Origin: Nanobdellota archaeon
Lineage (GTDB): Archaea > Nanobdellota > Nanobdellia > Woesearchaeales > JACQSR01
Assembly: GCA_042577505.1 (NCBI GenBank)
Contig: JBHPEA010000001.1
Coordinates: forward strand, 23,880 to 87,879
Direction of reading: 5' to 3'
DNA length: 64,000 nt
Both the position numbers and the translations under genes were made by a program. How positions within the stretch are numbered: position 1 is the stretch's first letter; each line of letters begins with the position of its first letter. A model generated the notes under the pieces. It had not been told where the DNA came from and did no database searches. It worked only from the letters and a program-made list of their open reading frames with translations. Below, piece by piece: positions 9,779 to 19,468 of this stretch.

Positions 9779-10099
9779 TCATTCTAACATTAGAATTTGT
9801 TTGCCTACAATATTTTGGTAGTCAACATTCTCTGCAGGAGTAACTTGCCTAGCAACATCTAAATAATCTTCAAGTCTTCTAACTGCACCTCTTTCTCTTG
9901 AGAAACGAACCATATCAAAAGTAGAGTTATCTTCTCCCGGCTCTGTATTTGAAATAGCAGCTAATTGTTCTAAGAATGCATCATAAGACTCAGGCAAAGA
10001 TCCTCTTGCAAGGGAAGAATAATAGTTTCTTAACTCTCTTGCTACAGCCATAACTCTTTCTATTTCATCAGGATCCAGTTTCAGTCCCATATCACCCAT
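9779..10099 (-). CDS. Hypothetical protein (higher GC than background)
   Basis: 106-aa ORF with no recognised motif; visibly GC-richer codon usage. Confidence 0.3.
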   Translation of the reverse strand: MGDMGLKLDPDEIERVMAVARELRNYYSSLARGSLPESYDAFLEQLAAISNTEPGEDNSTFDMVRFSRERGAVRRLEDYLDVARQVTPAENVDYQNIVGKQILMLE

Positions 10100-10200
10100 G
10101 GAATAGACAAATGTTTTTAAGTTTTTCTGTAGGTACCACTAAATAGGAGTCACAAGACTTAATCTAAATCTATTTAAACAAACATTAATTAAATTGATCC

Positions 10201-11277
10201 ATGGACATAGATGATAAATTAAAATTAGTGAAAGAAGTTGGACAGGAAATCTTAACAGAAGAAGAGCTAAAACTACTATTTGAATCAAAAACCCACCCAA
10301 TTGCTTATGATGGATTCGAACCTTCTGGAACTGATATTCATATTGCGCAAGGAACATTAAGAGCGATAAACATTAACAAACTAACAAAAGCAGGCATCAA
10401 ATTCAAAATGTTTGTTGCTGACTGGCATTCTTGGGCTAATAACAAATTGGGCGGAAATCTTGAAAACATCCAAACAGCTGGTAAGTATATTATTGAAGTC
10501 TGGAAAGCATGTGGATTAGATATGAAGAACGTAGAATTTGTTTGGGCAAATGATTTTGTTAAAGATGTAAATTACTGGAAAACAGTTATGCAAATCTCAA
10601 GAAATTCTACTTTGAAAAGAATACTTAGAACCTCCCAAATTATGGGAAGAAAGGAATCGGATGTACTACAAGCTTCTCAGATAATGTACCCCTGCATGCA
10701 ATGTGCAGATATATTTCAAATCGAAGCAGACATTACACAATTAGGAATGGACCAAAGAAAAGTGAATGTATTGGCTAGAGAATTAGCACCAAAATTGGGT
10801 TACACAAAACCAGTTGTAATTTCACATAAGATGTTAATGGGTTTAGCTCAACCACCTTCCACTGGCGATGCAGTGGAAAGGGCAATGGAAATGAAAATGT
10901 CTAAATCCAAACCAGACACAGCAATTTTTATGACAGACTCGGAAGAAGACATTAAAAGAAAAATTAACAAAGCCTATTGTCCAGCAAAAGTTGTTGAAGA
11001 GAATCCATTATTAGAATACTGCAAACACATAATTTTCGAAAAAACAAAATCTATCAAGATCGAAAGGCCAGAAAAATTCGGTGGAAATTTAGAGTTAAAT
11101 TCATACGAAGAACTTGAAAAGTTGTTTGAAAAAGGAGACTTACACCCAGTGGACCTTAAGAAAGGGGTTGCCGAAGAATTAGATAAAATTCTAAAACCAG
11201 TCAGAGATCACTTTCAGAAAAACCAAGCAGCAAAGAAACTTCAAGACACAGTGAAAAAGCTAAAGGTTACAAGATAA
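10201..11277 (+). CDS. tyrS: Tyrosyl-tRNA synthetase, archaeal type
   Basis: AYDGFEPSGTDIHIAQG class I HIGH region; KMSKSKPD KMSKS motif; about 358 aa, typical of archaeal TyrRS. Confidence 0.85.
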   Translation: MDIDDKLKLVKEVGQEILTEEELKLLFESKTHPIAYDGFEPSGTDIHIAQGTLRAININKLTKAGIKFKMFVADWHSWANNKLGGNLENIQTAGKYIIEVWKACGLDMKNVEFVWANDFVKDVNYWKTVMQISRNSTLKRILRTSQIMGRKESDVLQASQIMYPCMQCADIFQIEADITQLGMDQRKVNVLARELAPKLGYTKPVVISHKMLMGLAQPPSTGDAVERAMEMKMSKSKPDTAIFMTDSEEDIKRKINKAYCPAKVVEENPLLEYCKHIIFEKTKSIKIERPEKFGGNLELNSYEELEKLFEKGDLHPVDLKKGVAEELDKILKPVRDHFQKNQAAKKLQDTVKKLKVTR

Positions 11278-11565
11278 TTAGTATAAAGGATGCTTTCTTT
11301 CAACGAAGGCTCCAGATACAACCATCATTCTTTCAAGTCTCTCAAGCTCAGGAATAGGTAAGATATATGAATCTATAGTACGCATTTTTTCATCATATAA
11401 AACCAAATCCCCTTCGTTTAATCTACCATTGTTTTTAACAGATGCATGAGCTGCATGAGGGGGTATTAAAACCTCCATATCTATAGAACTTCCGATAGAT
11501 GAACCCTGAAGGAGCAATCCTTCTTTCGATATATTCTGAACGAAATATTTCCTTTCTTCAGCCAT
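11278..11565 (-). CDS. Hypothetical protein
   Basis: 95-aa ORF convergent with tyrS. Confidence 0.3.
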   Translation of the reverse strand: MAEERKYFVQNISKEGLLLQGSSIGSSIDMEVLIPPHAAHASVKNNGRLNEGDLVLYDEKMRTIDSYILPIPELERLERMMVVSGAFVERKHPLY

Positions 11566-11597
11566 CCGGCCAACGAATCAAGGCATTATTATAAAGT

Positions 11598-12788
11598 TTA
11601 TCTCTCAAGAATAAGTATTGTAGGTTTTGTGAAATATTTCTTAACAACCCTTAAGATATCAGCCCGAGTGACTCTTTTTATCTTATTCACATATGAATTT
11701 ATTCCACGGGCGTCCCCAACAGTTTCCCAAAAGCAAACATCATCCACTCTTTTCTCAGTGTTTTCATGCAATAAAATGGTACTACCTTCAATGTACCCAA
11801 TAGCTTCATCAATTTCCTTTTTGGGAACTTTTTTTAACAATGCCAATTCCTTCAAAATGATTTTCTTGCATAAATCAACATTCTTTTTCTCCGTATTCAG
11901 ATATATCAAAAAAACTCCGAACGATTTATCACTCTCTTGATAAGCACCAATCTCATAAACCAAACCCCTTTTATTTCTAACTTCATTAAACAATATCCCA
12001 GATTGACCCCTACCAAGTATAGCTTTAATTACATCCAAGACATAAGAATCAGGATGGTTCCTTCTTGCCGTCTTAAATCCAAGTACAAAATATGAATTCA
12101 AAGTTTTTACTTTCTCAATCTTAGTAATAGATTTTGAATTTGGATCAGTAATTTTATTTATCTTATATTTTCCAGAAGGAAATGAAAATTTTCTAGAAAT
12201 CAGTGATTTCGCATTCTTTATATCTCCAACAACACCAACCACAATATTCTCTGGAACATAATGTTTTTTGTAAAAATCCCAAAGGTCCTTCCGAGTAATG
12301 CTCTTCAAACTTTTAACAGATCCAAATATTGGATTCCCTGCAGAAGAATTAGGGAATAAGGCTCCATAGAATGAAATCCACTGTTTTATTCTAGGTTCAT
12401 CTAGGGACATGTTAATTTCTTTCAAAATCACCCCCCTCTCTTTTTCTAAAGTTTTCTCATCAATTATTGCATTTTGAATAACATCTGACAGAATATCAAC
12501 AGCAAGAGAAAAGTATTTTTTCTGAACTTTTATATAATAACAGGTTCTTTCCTGGTGGGTATAAGCATTTATAATTCCACCTACTTTTTCGATCTCTGAA
12601 GCAATCTCCTTAGCAGTCTTTCTTTTTTTAGTTCCTTCTAAAACCATATGCTCAAGAAGATGAGATATCCCTTCATTTCCTCTTTCATATAGAGAACCAA
12701 TTTGAACAGAAGCCATAATAGAAACAGTATCAGCCTTCCTTTCATCAACAACTAATTTTAATCCATTGGACAGTGTATATCTTTTCAT
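11598..12788 (-). CDS. M16-family (pitrilysin/insulinase-like) zinc peptidase
   Basis: HLLEHMVLEGT inverted zinc motif HxxEH near the N-terminus. Confidence 0.75.
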   Translation of the reverse strand: MKRYTLSNGLKLVVDERKADTVSIMASVQIGSLYERGNEGISHLLEHMVLEGTKKRKTAKEIASEIEKVGGIINAYTHQERTCYYIKVQKKYFSLAVDILSDVIQNAIIDEKTLEKERGVILKEINMSLDEPRIKQWISFYGALFPNSSAGNPIFGSVKSLKSITRKDLWDFYKKHYVPENIVVGVVGDIKNAKSLISRKFSFPSGKYKINKITDPNSKSITKIEKVKTLNSYFVLGFKTARRNHPDSYVLDVIKAILGRGQSGILFNEVRNKRGLVYEIGAYQESDKSFGVFLIYLNTEKKNVDLCKKIILKELALLKKVPKKEIDEAIGYIEGSTILLHENTEKRVDDVCFWETVGDARGINSYVNKIKRVTRADILRVVKKYFTKPTILILER

Positions 12789-12830
12789 GAAAGGTTAACA
12801 CTTAAAAAGTTTAAATAGGTTTTCATCTTT

Positions 12831-13910
12831 ATGAATATAAGGAATCTCCAAATATACCTTAGGAAGAATAAAATTGATGTTTCTATCTTTATGAGTCTAA
12901 ATTCAACTACGTACGATAACAACCTATACTATTTTTCAGGTTATTCAGGAAACGGTATTTTAATTATACCAAAATCATCTAGACCTTTTTTAGTTGTTCC
13001 TGAAATGGAAAGGGAAAAGGCATCAAAAACATCAAAAGTTAGAAGTATTATTGTTTGGAAGAAAAAAGAAGATTTGTTTGAACTCTTAAGGGAACTTTTC
13101 AAAAAGAAGAAGATTAGAAGCAAGGTTATAGGATTAGATTTATTCTCAATATCAGTTCTCTTATTCAGAGATTTCAAAAAAGGTTTGAAAAAAAGTAAAT
13201 TCAAAGACATTAGCAATATTTGCCGATTTTTAAGAACAACAAAAACAAAAGAAGAAATTAAAACCATAAGAAAAGCATTCAGCATCGCAAATAAAATTTT
13301 AATTAAAACAATTAGGAATTTTAAAAGATTCAAAACAGAACTAGATGTTGCAAATTATTTGAAAATTGAATCAATAAAAAAAGGATGCGAGTTATCATTC
13401 CCCTCTATCGTTGCATCAGGAAAAAATGCGTCAATGCCTCATTATTCTCCAACAAACTGCAAGCTTAAGAAAGGATTCTGTGTTATAGATTTTGGTGTTA
13501 GATACCAAGGATATTGTACAGATATCACAAGAACAATTTTCTTAGGAAAACCAAGTGAAAGGGAAAATGAGATCTACAATATTTTATTAGACTCACAGAA
13601 AAAAGCGATAAAGCAAGTAAAAAATGGCACAAGTTGCTCGGATTTGTATAACTCAGTTGTTGAAAACTTGGGAGACCACTCAAAATACTTCACACACGGT
13701 TTAGGACATGGTGTAGGGCTAAATATTCACGAATTACCCAACTTAAAAGACAAATCAAAAGATAATATTGAAAAAAATATGGTTTTCACAATCGAACCGG
13801 GTATTTACATCTCAGGAAAATTAGGTATAAGAATCGAAGATACTCTTTTGTTCTCAAACAAAACCGAAATTCTAACAAAAGTCCCAAAGCATCTGATCAC
13901 CATTCGTTAG
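12831..13910 (+). CDS. M24-family Xaa-Pro aminopeptidase/prolidase
   Basis: HGLGHGVGLNIHE and FTIEPGIY motifs of the creatinase/prolidase fold. Confidence 0.75.
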   Translation: MNIRNLQIYLRKNKIDVSIFMSLNSTTYDNNLYYFSGYSGNGILIIPKSSRPFLVVPEMEREKASKTSKVRSIIVWKKKEDLFELLRELFKKKKIRSKVIGLDLFSISVLLFRDFKKGLKKSKFKDISNICRFLRTTKTKEEIKTIRKAFSIANKILIKTIRNFKRFKTELDVANYLKIESIKKGCELSFPSIVASGKNASMPHYSPTNCKLKKGFCVIDFGVRYQGYCTDITRTIFLGKPSERENEIYNILLDSQKKAIKQVKNGTSCSDLYNSVVENLGDHSKYFTHGLGHGVGLNIHELPNLKDKSKDNIEKNMVFTIEPGIYISGKLGIRIEDTLLFSNKTEILTKVPKHLITIR

Positions 13911-13934
13911 CAAATCTTTATTAATCAGCAAATC

Positions 13935-15719
13935 TTGAATCGCCTTATGAAGTATGATACTAAAAAATTAAATTCTGCAATCGACGATTACAAGAAACTA
14001 TTAGGAGATATTGACGGCAAGACTATATTCATAACAATTAACATTGATAATGAAAGTGCTTTCTATTCCATTGCACCACTATCAATCGCAATCCATGAAC
14101 TAGGTGGCGACTTAAATGTAATGGGATTCAAAGGATCTTCAAATATGTATCATAGTCTGGGCAAAGTTTGGGAATTATTTGGAGAACTAGGGGGAGAAAA
14201 GCCCAGCAAAGAAGCAAAATTACTGGACAAATTCATCACTAGCGTAGATAAAAAATCAAATGGGGAGTTTAGAAAAATATTCAAAAGCCCAGATATGTAC
14301 TTCTACTCAAAAAAGAATGGCTTTGAAGGAATCAACCTTCTCCCTTACCATGATGGATGGTTCAAAAAACATAAATGGGATAAATTATTGGAAACTGCTG
14401 ACGTAATTTGGAAAGATGTTTACAATTTGAAAGAAGAGAGAGTAGGTGTAGGTTTTATTTTAATTCCAGATAGAAAATATTTGGAGCTTCCACTTGAAGA
14501 TTATCTTGATTCTTACCCCATAAATTTCGCAATGAAAGAAGCAGCAAAAAAATATGCTCGCGAAGTATCTTACAGTGCCTCTTCACCAAGAATGGCTCAA
14601 ACTGATTTTCCTGAAAGGATTTCTGATCTAAAAGCAACTTTAATTGGATGTGAATTAGATAAGACTATAAATGAAGAACCATTCAAAATATTCAAACAAC
14701 TATCAAGTTTTATTGGAACAGATAAAATTCTTTTCAACAGCGCAAATTTCCACATTGCTGCAAAAGGATATTCAGGTAGACATATTTTTGGACAAACATG
14801 GGGATACCCAACCCTAAATGGCAAATCTAGGTGGAGTACACCTAGCGGTATTATATACAAGTTCGATTTCTTTCCACAAACTTTCTATGAAGAAAGAGAT
14901 CCAATTGCAAGAGCAGGATTCACAGAAACACTACCAATAGATATTTTCATAGAAACGTCCCTCATTGACTGGAATGAATTAACAAGAAAAGATCATGTAA
15001 TTATTGACATCGTTAAAAAATGTCAGAAAATTATTGTAGAAGGTAAAAAGATGGGTAAATATCAAACAAAATTTGAAGTAGGTTTAATTAGAAGTGACGG
15101 AGAACATAGATGGGCAAAAGGTTCTGATACTGAATTAAGAAACATAATTAACAAAGATTATTTCAATAGATTAGGCATCAAAGCAGGAACAATGGGAAAC
15201 ATTCCAGGGGGTGAAATGTTCATAACACCAGAATATGTTAAAGGGACCATTGTAGGAGATGTCGTAATTGCAATAGATCAAAGTTATCTTTTAAGCGAAA
15301 AAGAACCGTTTATCATTGAATCAAGCGAAGATGGTTATAAAGTTATCAAAGCCCCTAAAAAAATTCTTGAGAAGTTTGAAAAACGAAAAAATGATGCATG
15401 GAAGCTTTTAGAAATTATGGAAAAAAACAAATCACTCCCAGAAGAAATTATTGAAATGAAGAAAAGGAACTTCAACCTTCTTGGAGAATTTGCAATAAAT
15501 ACAAATCCAAAAGCAAAAATTTGCGATTATTTAATCGTAAATGAAAAAATTGCAGGAATGATTCATGTTGCTATGGGTTCTGGATTCGAAGCTGACAGAT
15601 CAACAGAATATCACATGGATGTCGTCGTAAATTCTATAAAACAAAAACATGATATCTATGGTTTAGATAAGAAGGGTAAGAAATATTGGATAAAAAAGCA
15701 AGGAAAATTCGTAATCTAA
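13935..15719 (+). CDS. Putative M29-like (aminopeptidase T/PepS-like) metallopeptidase
   Basis: C-terminal LGEFAINTNP and MIHVAMGSGF resemble M29 signature regions; longer than typical M29, so tentative. Confidence 0.35.
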   Translation: MNRLMKYDTKKLNSAIDDYKKLLGDIDGKTIFITINIDNESAFYSIAPLSIAIHELGGDLNVMGFKGSSNMYHSLGKVWELFGELGGEKPSKEAKLLDKFITSVDKKSNGEFRKIFKSPDMYFYSKKNGFEGINLLPYHDGWFKKHKWDKLLETADVIWKDVYNLKEERVGVGFILIPDRKYLELPLEDYLDSYPINFAMKEAAKKYAREVSYSASSPRMAQTDFPERISDLKATLIGCELDKTINEEPFKIFKQLSSFIGTDKILFNSANFHIAAKGYSGRHIFGQTWGYPTLNGKSRWSTPSGIIYKFDFFPQTFYEERDPIARAGFTETLPIDIFIETSLIDWNELTRKDHVIIDIVKKCQKIIVEGKKMGKYQTKFEVGLIRSDGEHRWAKGSDTELRNIINKDYFNRLGIKAGTMGNIPGGEMFITPEYVKGTIVGDVVIAIDQSYLLSEKEPFIIESSEDGYKVIKAPKKILEKFEKRKNDAWKLLEIMEKNKSLPEEIIEMKKRNFNLLGEFAINTNPKAKICDYLIVNEKIAGMIHVAMGSGFEADRSTEYHMDVVVNSIKQKHDIYGLDKKGKKYWIKKQGKFVI

Positions 15720-15794
15720 AGTCTTAAAAACCTTTTGGTAAAAAAAATTTCTTCAATACAAATCTTTTTAAACGTGGGTTGATTATATTTCTTC

Positions 15795-16940
15795 ATGGCG
15801 GTTAACAACAAAAATATTCTCGACAGCGTGATTTACAGTTATTCAACTACGACAAATCAATTAGAAGAAGAGAACAGAGTTCTAAGAGAAACTTTAGACA
15901 AGATGAAAAATGAGTTGGATAAATTTAAACAACCTCCTTTGATGGTTTGTGAAATTTATGAAATCCATGGAACCACCGCTTTGATAAAAATTCCAAATGG
16001 AAACCAATTTTCGGTAAATGTCTCAAATGATTGCGGGAAACTTAAACCAGGAGATATGGTATTAGCAGAACAAAAGAACTTAACAGTTATTAAAAAAATT
16101 CAGAATGTGAAAGCATTTAATGTTGACAAATTTGTTATTGTTGAAAAACCAACAATTACCTGGCAAGAGGTTGGTGGTTTAGAATCTCAAGCTAGGGAAA
16201 TCAAAGAAGTTATTGAACTTCCTTTACTTAAGCCAGGATTATTTACAAAAATTGGAATAGAACCACCAAAAGGAGTTCTTCTTTATGGTCCGCCTGGAAC
16301 AGGTAAAACATTATTAGCAAAAGCTGTTGCACAATCTACAAATTCTACATTCATTGGGGTAGTCGGATCTGAATTAGTGCAGAAATTTATTGGAGAAGGA
16401 GCGAAGTTAGTAAAAGAAATTTTTGAACTTGCAAGAGAAAAAGCACCTTCAGTAGTTTTCATAGATGAAATTGATGCTCTAGCTGCAACAAGAATGGAAG
16501 TTGGAACCTCTGGTGAAAGAGAAGTAAACAGAACTTTTATGCAAATGCTTTCTGAATTAGATGGATTTACACCTTTGGGGAATGTAAAGGTGATTGGGGC
16601 TACAAACAGAAAAGACGTTTTAGATCCTGCAATAACAAGACCCGGAAGATTAGACAGATTAATTCATGTTCCATTACCAAATGTTGATGCAAGAAAACAA
16701 ATATTCTCAATACATTCCAAAAGAATGAAGTTAGACACAGTAATTTCAACAAAGGATATTGTCGATCAAATGGAAAACTTCTCAGGTGCTGAGATTAGAG
16801 CCGTTTGTACAGAAGCAGGCTACTTTGCTATTAGGGAAAATCGTTATAAAATTCTTAAGAAGGATTTAGAAAAAGCAGTAGCTAAAGTCAAAGACTCCGA
16901 AACCAAAGAAGGCAAAGACTACATGCAAATGTTTGGCTAG
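15795..16940 (+). CDS. pan: Proteasome-activating nucleotidase (AAA+ ATPase)
   Basis: N-terminal coiled coil (LEEENRVLRETLDKMKNELDKF), OB region, GPPGTGKT Walker A, DEID Walker B. Confidence 0.9.
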   Translation: MAVNNKNILDSVIYSYSTTTNQLEEENRVLRETLDKMKNELDKFKQPPLMVCEIYEIHGTTALIKIPNGNQFSVNVSNDCGKLKPGDMVLAEQKNLTVIKKIQNVKAFNVDKFVIVEKPTITWQEVGGLESQAREIKEVIELPLLKPGLFTKIGIEPPKGVLLYGPPGTGKTLLAKAVAQSTNSTFIGVVGSELVQKFIGEGAKLVKEIFELAREKAPSVVFIDEIDALAATRMEVGTSGEREVNRTFMQMLSELDGFTPLGNVKVIGATNRKDVLDPAITRPGRLDRLIHVPLPNVDARKQIFSIHSKRMKLDTVISTKDIVDQMENFSGAEIRAVCTEAGYFAIRENRYKILKKDLEKAVAKVKDSETKEGKDYMQMFG

Positions 16941-16948
16941 AATTTCTT

Positions 16949-17284
16949 TTAATACTTGAAAAGTTTATTGTAATTCTTATGATCCATAAATTCAAGAAGA
17001 ATTGTAATGATCTCAATTTCATTTCCTGTTATAGTGTATAACATTCTCCAGAAATTTCGTAGGTTGATTTTCCAAAGGTTTGTGATTCCGTATTCGTTAA
17101 TGTAGATAGTAGGGATTTTATCTTTTTGTATTTGAATTCCTCGATGAGGATTTGTGAATAAAATGCCATTTTCTCTTTCTATTGCTTTTAGTAACTGTAA
17201 ATCAAACTTGTTTTGAGAAAGTTTAAGTTTTGTAAGCTGGTTTTGAAATTCAGGACCGTATTTTACTTTAATCTGTTTATCCAT
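16949..17284 (-). CDS. RelE/ParE-family toxin
   Basis: C-terminal LRNFWRMLYTITGNEIEIITILLEFMDHKNY matches the RelE pattern (R..YR.iY.i….v.il.i.H.K.Y); start abuts the stop of the upstream small gene. Confidence 0.5.
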   Translation of the reverse strand: MDKQIKVKYGPEFQNQLTKLKLSQNKFDLQLLKAIERENGILFTNPHRGIQIQKDKIPTIYINEYGITNLWKINLRNFWRMLYTITGNEIEIITILLEFMDHKNYNKLFKY

Positions 17285-17545
17285 TTATCTAGCATCAACA
17301 CTTTTTTTGAGTAGTCTCTTCATTTTTGGATGATCATTGTATACCCATAAGACACCTTTCTCTCCAATCATAACTAATCCTTTTTCCTCTAGGTAGCCCA
17401 ATATTAGGTTTAAAGTAGGTCTCATTGTCTTTTTTGGCAGTCTTCTAAGTAATTCGTTCCTTGAAATTGCTAGCTTAGCGTTTTTTAGTACTTTTTCTAC
17501 CATAAGGACCGTATCTAATCTTGGGTAATGAAGTATTTGGGTCAT
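17285..17545 (-). CDS. Small winged-helix DNA-binding protein, putative antitoxin of the RelE-like toxin
   Basis: 86 aa; wHTH-like LAISRNELLRRLPKK…LGYLEEKGLV; translationally coupled upstream of the toxin. Confidence 0.4.
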   Translation of the reverse strand: MTQILHYPRLDTVLMVEKVLKNAKLAISRNELLRRLPKKTMRPTLNLILGYLEEKGLVMIGEKGVLWVYNDHPKMKRLLKKSVDAR

Positions 17546-17739
17546 ATATAAGTATATGTAGATATAAACTTATATATAATTCTTTTGTTTGATGTGAATT
17601 ATAATTGTTTTATGATTTAAAAAACTCTTTGGTAGAAAAATCGAAAGAAAAATAGGGGCTTTGGAAATATTTTCCCAAAGTTTGATTTTTATTCGAAAAA
17701 TGACCCAAATAATGGAGATTTTCTATTAAAACCGGCAAA

Positions 17740-18129
17740 TTAGGATATCAACTCTTCAAACAACAATCCTTTATTCTTAGCCATTTCTTTAGAAATAGAA
17801 TACATCTTCCCACTTTTCTCAACATCATCAATAGATAAAAAATACCAGTCTGTATGATCAAATTTCACTCCAATCCATGGTTCACCACCGAAGAAATCAA
17901 CAAAATCACGTAGCTGTTCAATGTCTTCTTCAGATAAGTATTTCTTATCGTCTTTACATGTTTTACACTCGATTGCCAATTTACGAACTTTATTTGAAGC
18001 CAAAACATCAGGAGAAGGATACTTCATAGAACCAGAACCGGCTACTCGAATTGCACACCAGTTTCCAGTTGCCCAAAACTTATGCAATATATCCCGTTCA
18101 GCGTTTATACCTTTAGATTTCCTTGACAT
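17740..18129 (-). CDS. hjc: Holliday junction resolvase Hjc
   Basis: KGINAERDILHKF…AIRVAGSG…PDVLA…AIECK pattern of archaeal Hjc; 129 aa. Confidence 0.7.
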   Translation of the reverse strand: MSRKSKGINAERDILHKFWATGNWCAIRVAGSGSMKYPSPDVLASNKVRKLAIECKTCKDDKKYLSEEDIEQLRDFVDFFGGEPWIGVKFDHTDWYFLSIDDVEKSGKMYSISKEMAKNKGLLFEELIS

Positions 18130-19025
18130 TATAATCTTACTCTCTTAAAATCAGAAGCGGCTTCTGTATTATTAAAAGTATCTCGAGCATCCTCTTCTAA
18201 AATGTGAGGACTTTTGTATCTTGCACTAAAATGCGTTAAGAATAATTGTTTAACATTAGCAACATTCGCTATCTGTGCAGCTTGTTTTGCAGTCATATGT
18301 TTATGTTTCTCCGCTTTATCTAACATATCAGATGCATAAGTCGCCTCACAAATCAAAACATCAGCATCTTGTGCTAAAACAGTAGCATTTGCAGTTGGCA
18401 TTGTATCTGTAATTAAAGTAACTTTTTTCCCCTCAACAATATTTGTCACATCATCCGCTTTTATCTTCTTACCTTTAAAAGTAATATCCTTGCCCTGCTG
18501 CAGTTTCCCAAGCAAAGGACCTTCAGGAATTCCAAGTTTCTTAATTTCTTTCAAATCAATTCTTCTCCTATCCTTCTCAACTATACTGTATCCCAAAACA
18601 TCAGTTCCATGCTCCAAAGGCAAAGTCTCAATATACAAAACATCATTTTCAAATATCTTTCCTTTCGAAACCTCAGTAATTTTCAAATCAACACCCTCAT
18701 CATAGATAAACACTTTATTCATCAATTCAATCCTTCTTTTCGAATCGCTAGGACCAAAAATCTCCAAAGTCCGATTATACTCACTCTTACTTAAAGTTGA
18801 AATCAATCCAGGTAATCCAAAAACATGATCACCATGCCAATGAGTTATTAAAATTCTAGAGATAACACTAGGCTTAATCCCAGCAATCTTTAATTGCCTT
18901 TGAGTTCCTTCCCCACAGTCAATTAACGTCCCATCACCATCTTGGATAACTAAAACTGCACTATGGTTTCTATCCTTTGTAGGAACCATCGAAGAAGTTC
19001 CTAAAAATATTATTTCCATACACAA
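18129..19025 (-). CDS. rnz: Ribonuclease Z (tRNA 3' endonuclease), metallo-beta-lactamase fold
   Basis: IIFLGTSSMVPTKDRNHSAVLV…DCGEGTQRQ and HWHGDHVFGLPGL motifs. Confidence 0.8.
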   Translation of the reverse strand: MCMEIIFLGTSSMVPTKDRNHSAVLVIQDGDGTLIDCGEGTQRQLKIAGIKPSVISRILITHWHGDHVFGLPGLISTLSKSEYNRTLEIFGPSDSKRRIELMNKVFIYDEGVDLKITEVSKGKIFENDVLYIETLPLEHGTDVLGYSIVEKDRRRIDLKEIKKLGIPEGPLLGKLQQGKDITFKGKKIKADDVTNIVEGKKVTLITDTMPTANATVLAQDADVLICEATYASDMLDKAEKHKHMTAKQAAQIANVANVKQLFLTHFSARYKSPHILEEDARDTFNNTEAASDFKRVRL

Positions 19026-19090
19026 AAAGAGAATTAATGTTTATTTAAAGGTTAGCAGTAGTATTAGAAATTAATTAAAAGATAGCAAAT

Positions 19091-19468
19091 ATGTCTTTCC
19101 ACATGCCATTAAAATATTGCATCCAAAAGCACAAAGCGACTCATTTACACTATGATTTAAGATTGGAATACAAAGGAATAGCTAAATCTTGGGCAGTTCC
19201 AAAACAACCTTCTAAAACTGAAAGAAGATTGGCAATTGAAGTAGAAGATCATGAAGTTGATTATATGAAATTTGAAGGAACAATCCCAAAAGGGGAATAT
19301 GGGGCTGGATCAGTAAAAATCTGGGACAAAGGAACCTGGGAACCAGAGGAAATCACAAAAAAGAAAATCATTGCAAACATTAAAGGAAAAAAATTAAAAG
19401 GAAAATTTGCCCTTGTTAATTTCAAAGGCAAAAACTGGTTGTTCTTCAAAATCAAGCATGACGTTTGA
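19091..19468 (+). CDS. Stand-alone LigD-type 3'-phosphoesterase (PE) domain protein
   Basis: HLHYDLRLE…SWAVPKQPS…RLAIEVEDHEVDYMKFEGTIPKGEYGAGSVKIWDKGTW matches the LigD PE domain signature. Confidence 0.7.
   Translation: MSFHMPLKYCIQKHKATHLHYDLRLEYKGIAKSWAVPKQPSKTERRLAIEVEDHEVDYMKFEGTIPKGEYGAGSVKIWDKGTWEPEEITKKKIIANIKGKKLKGKFALVNFKGKNWLFFKIKHDV

Noticed and set aside
10139-10357. 72-aa minus-strand ORF overlapping the tyrS start
   Set aside because: It overlaps the well-supported tyrS 5' end in antisense and has no motifs.
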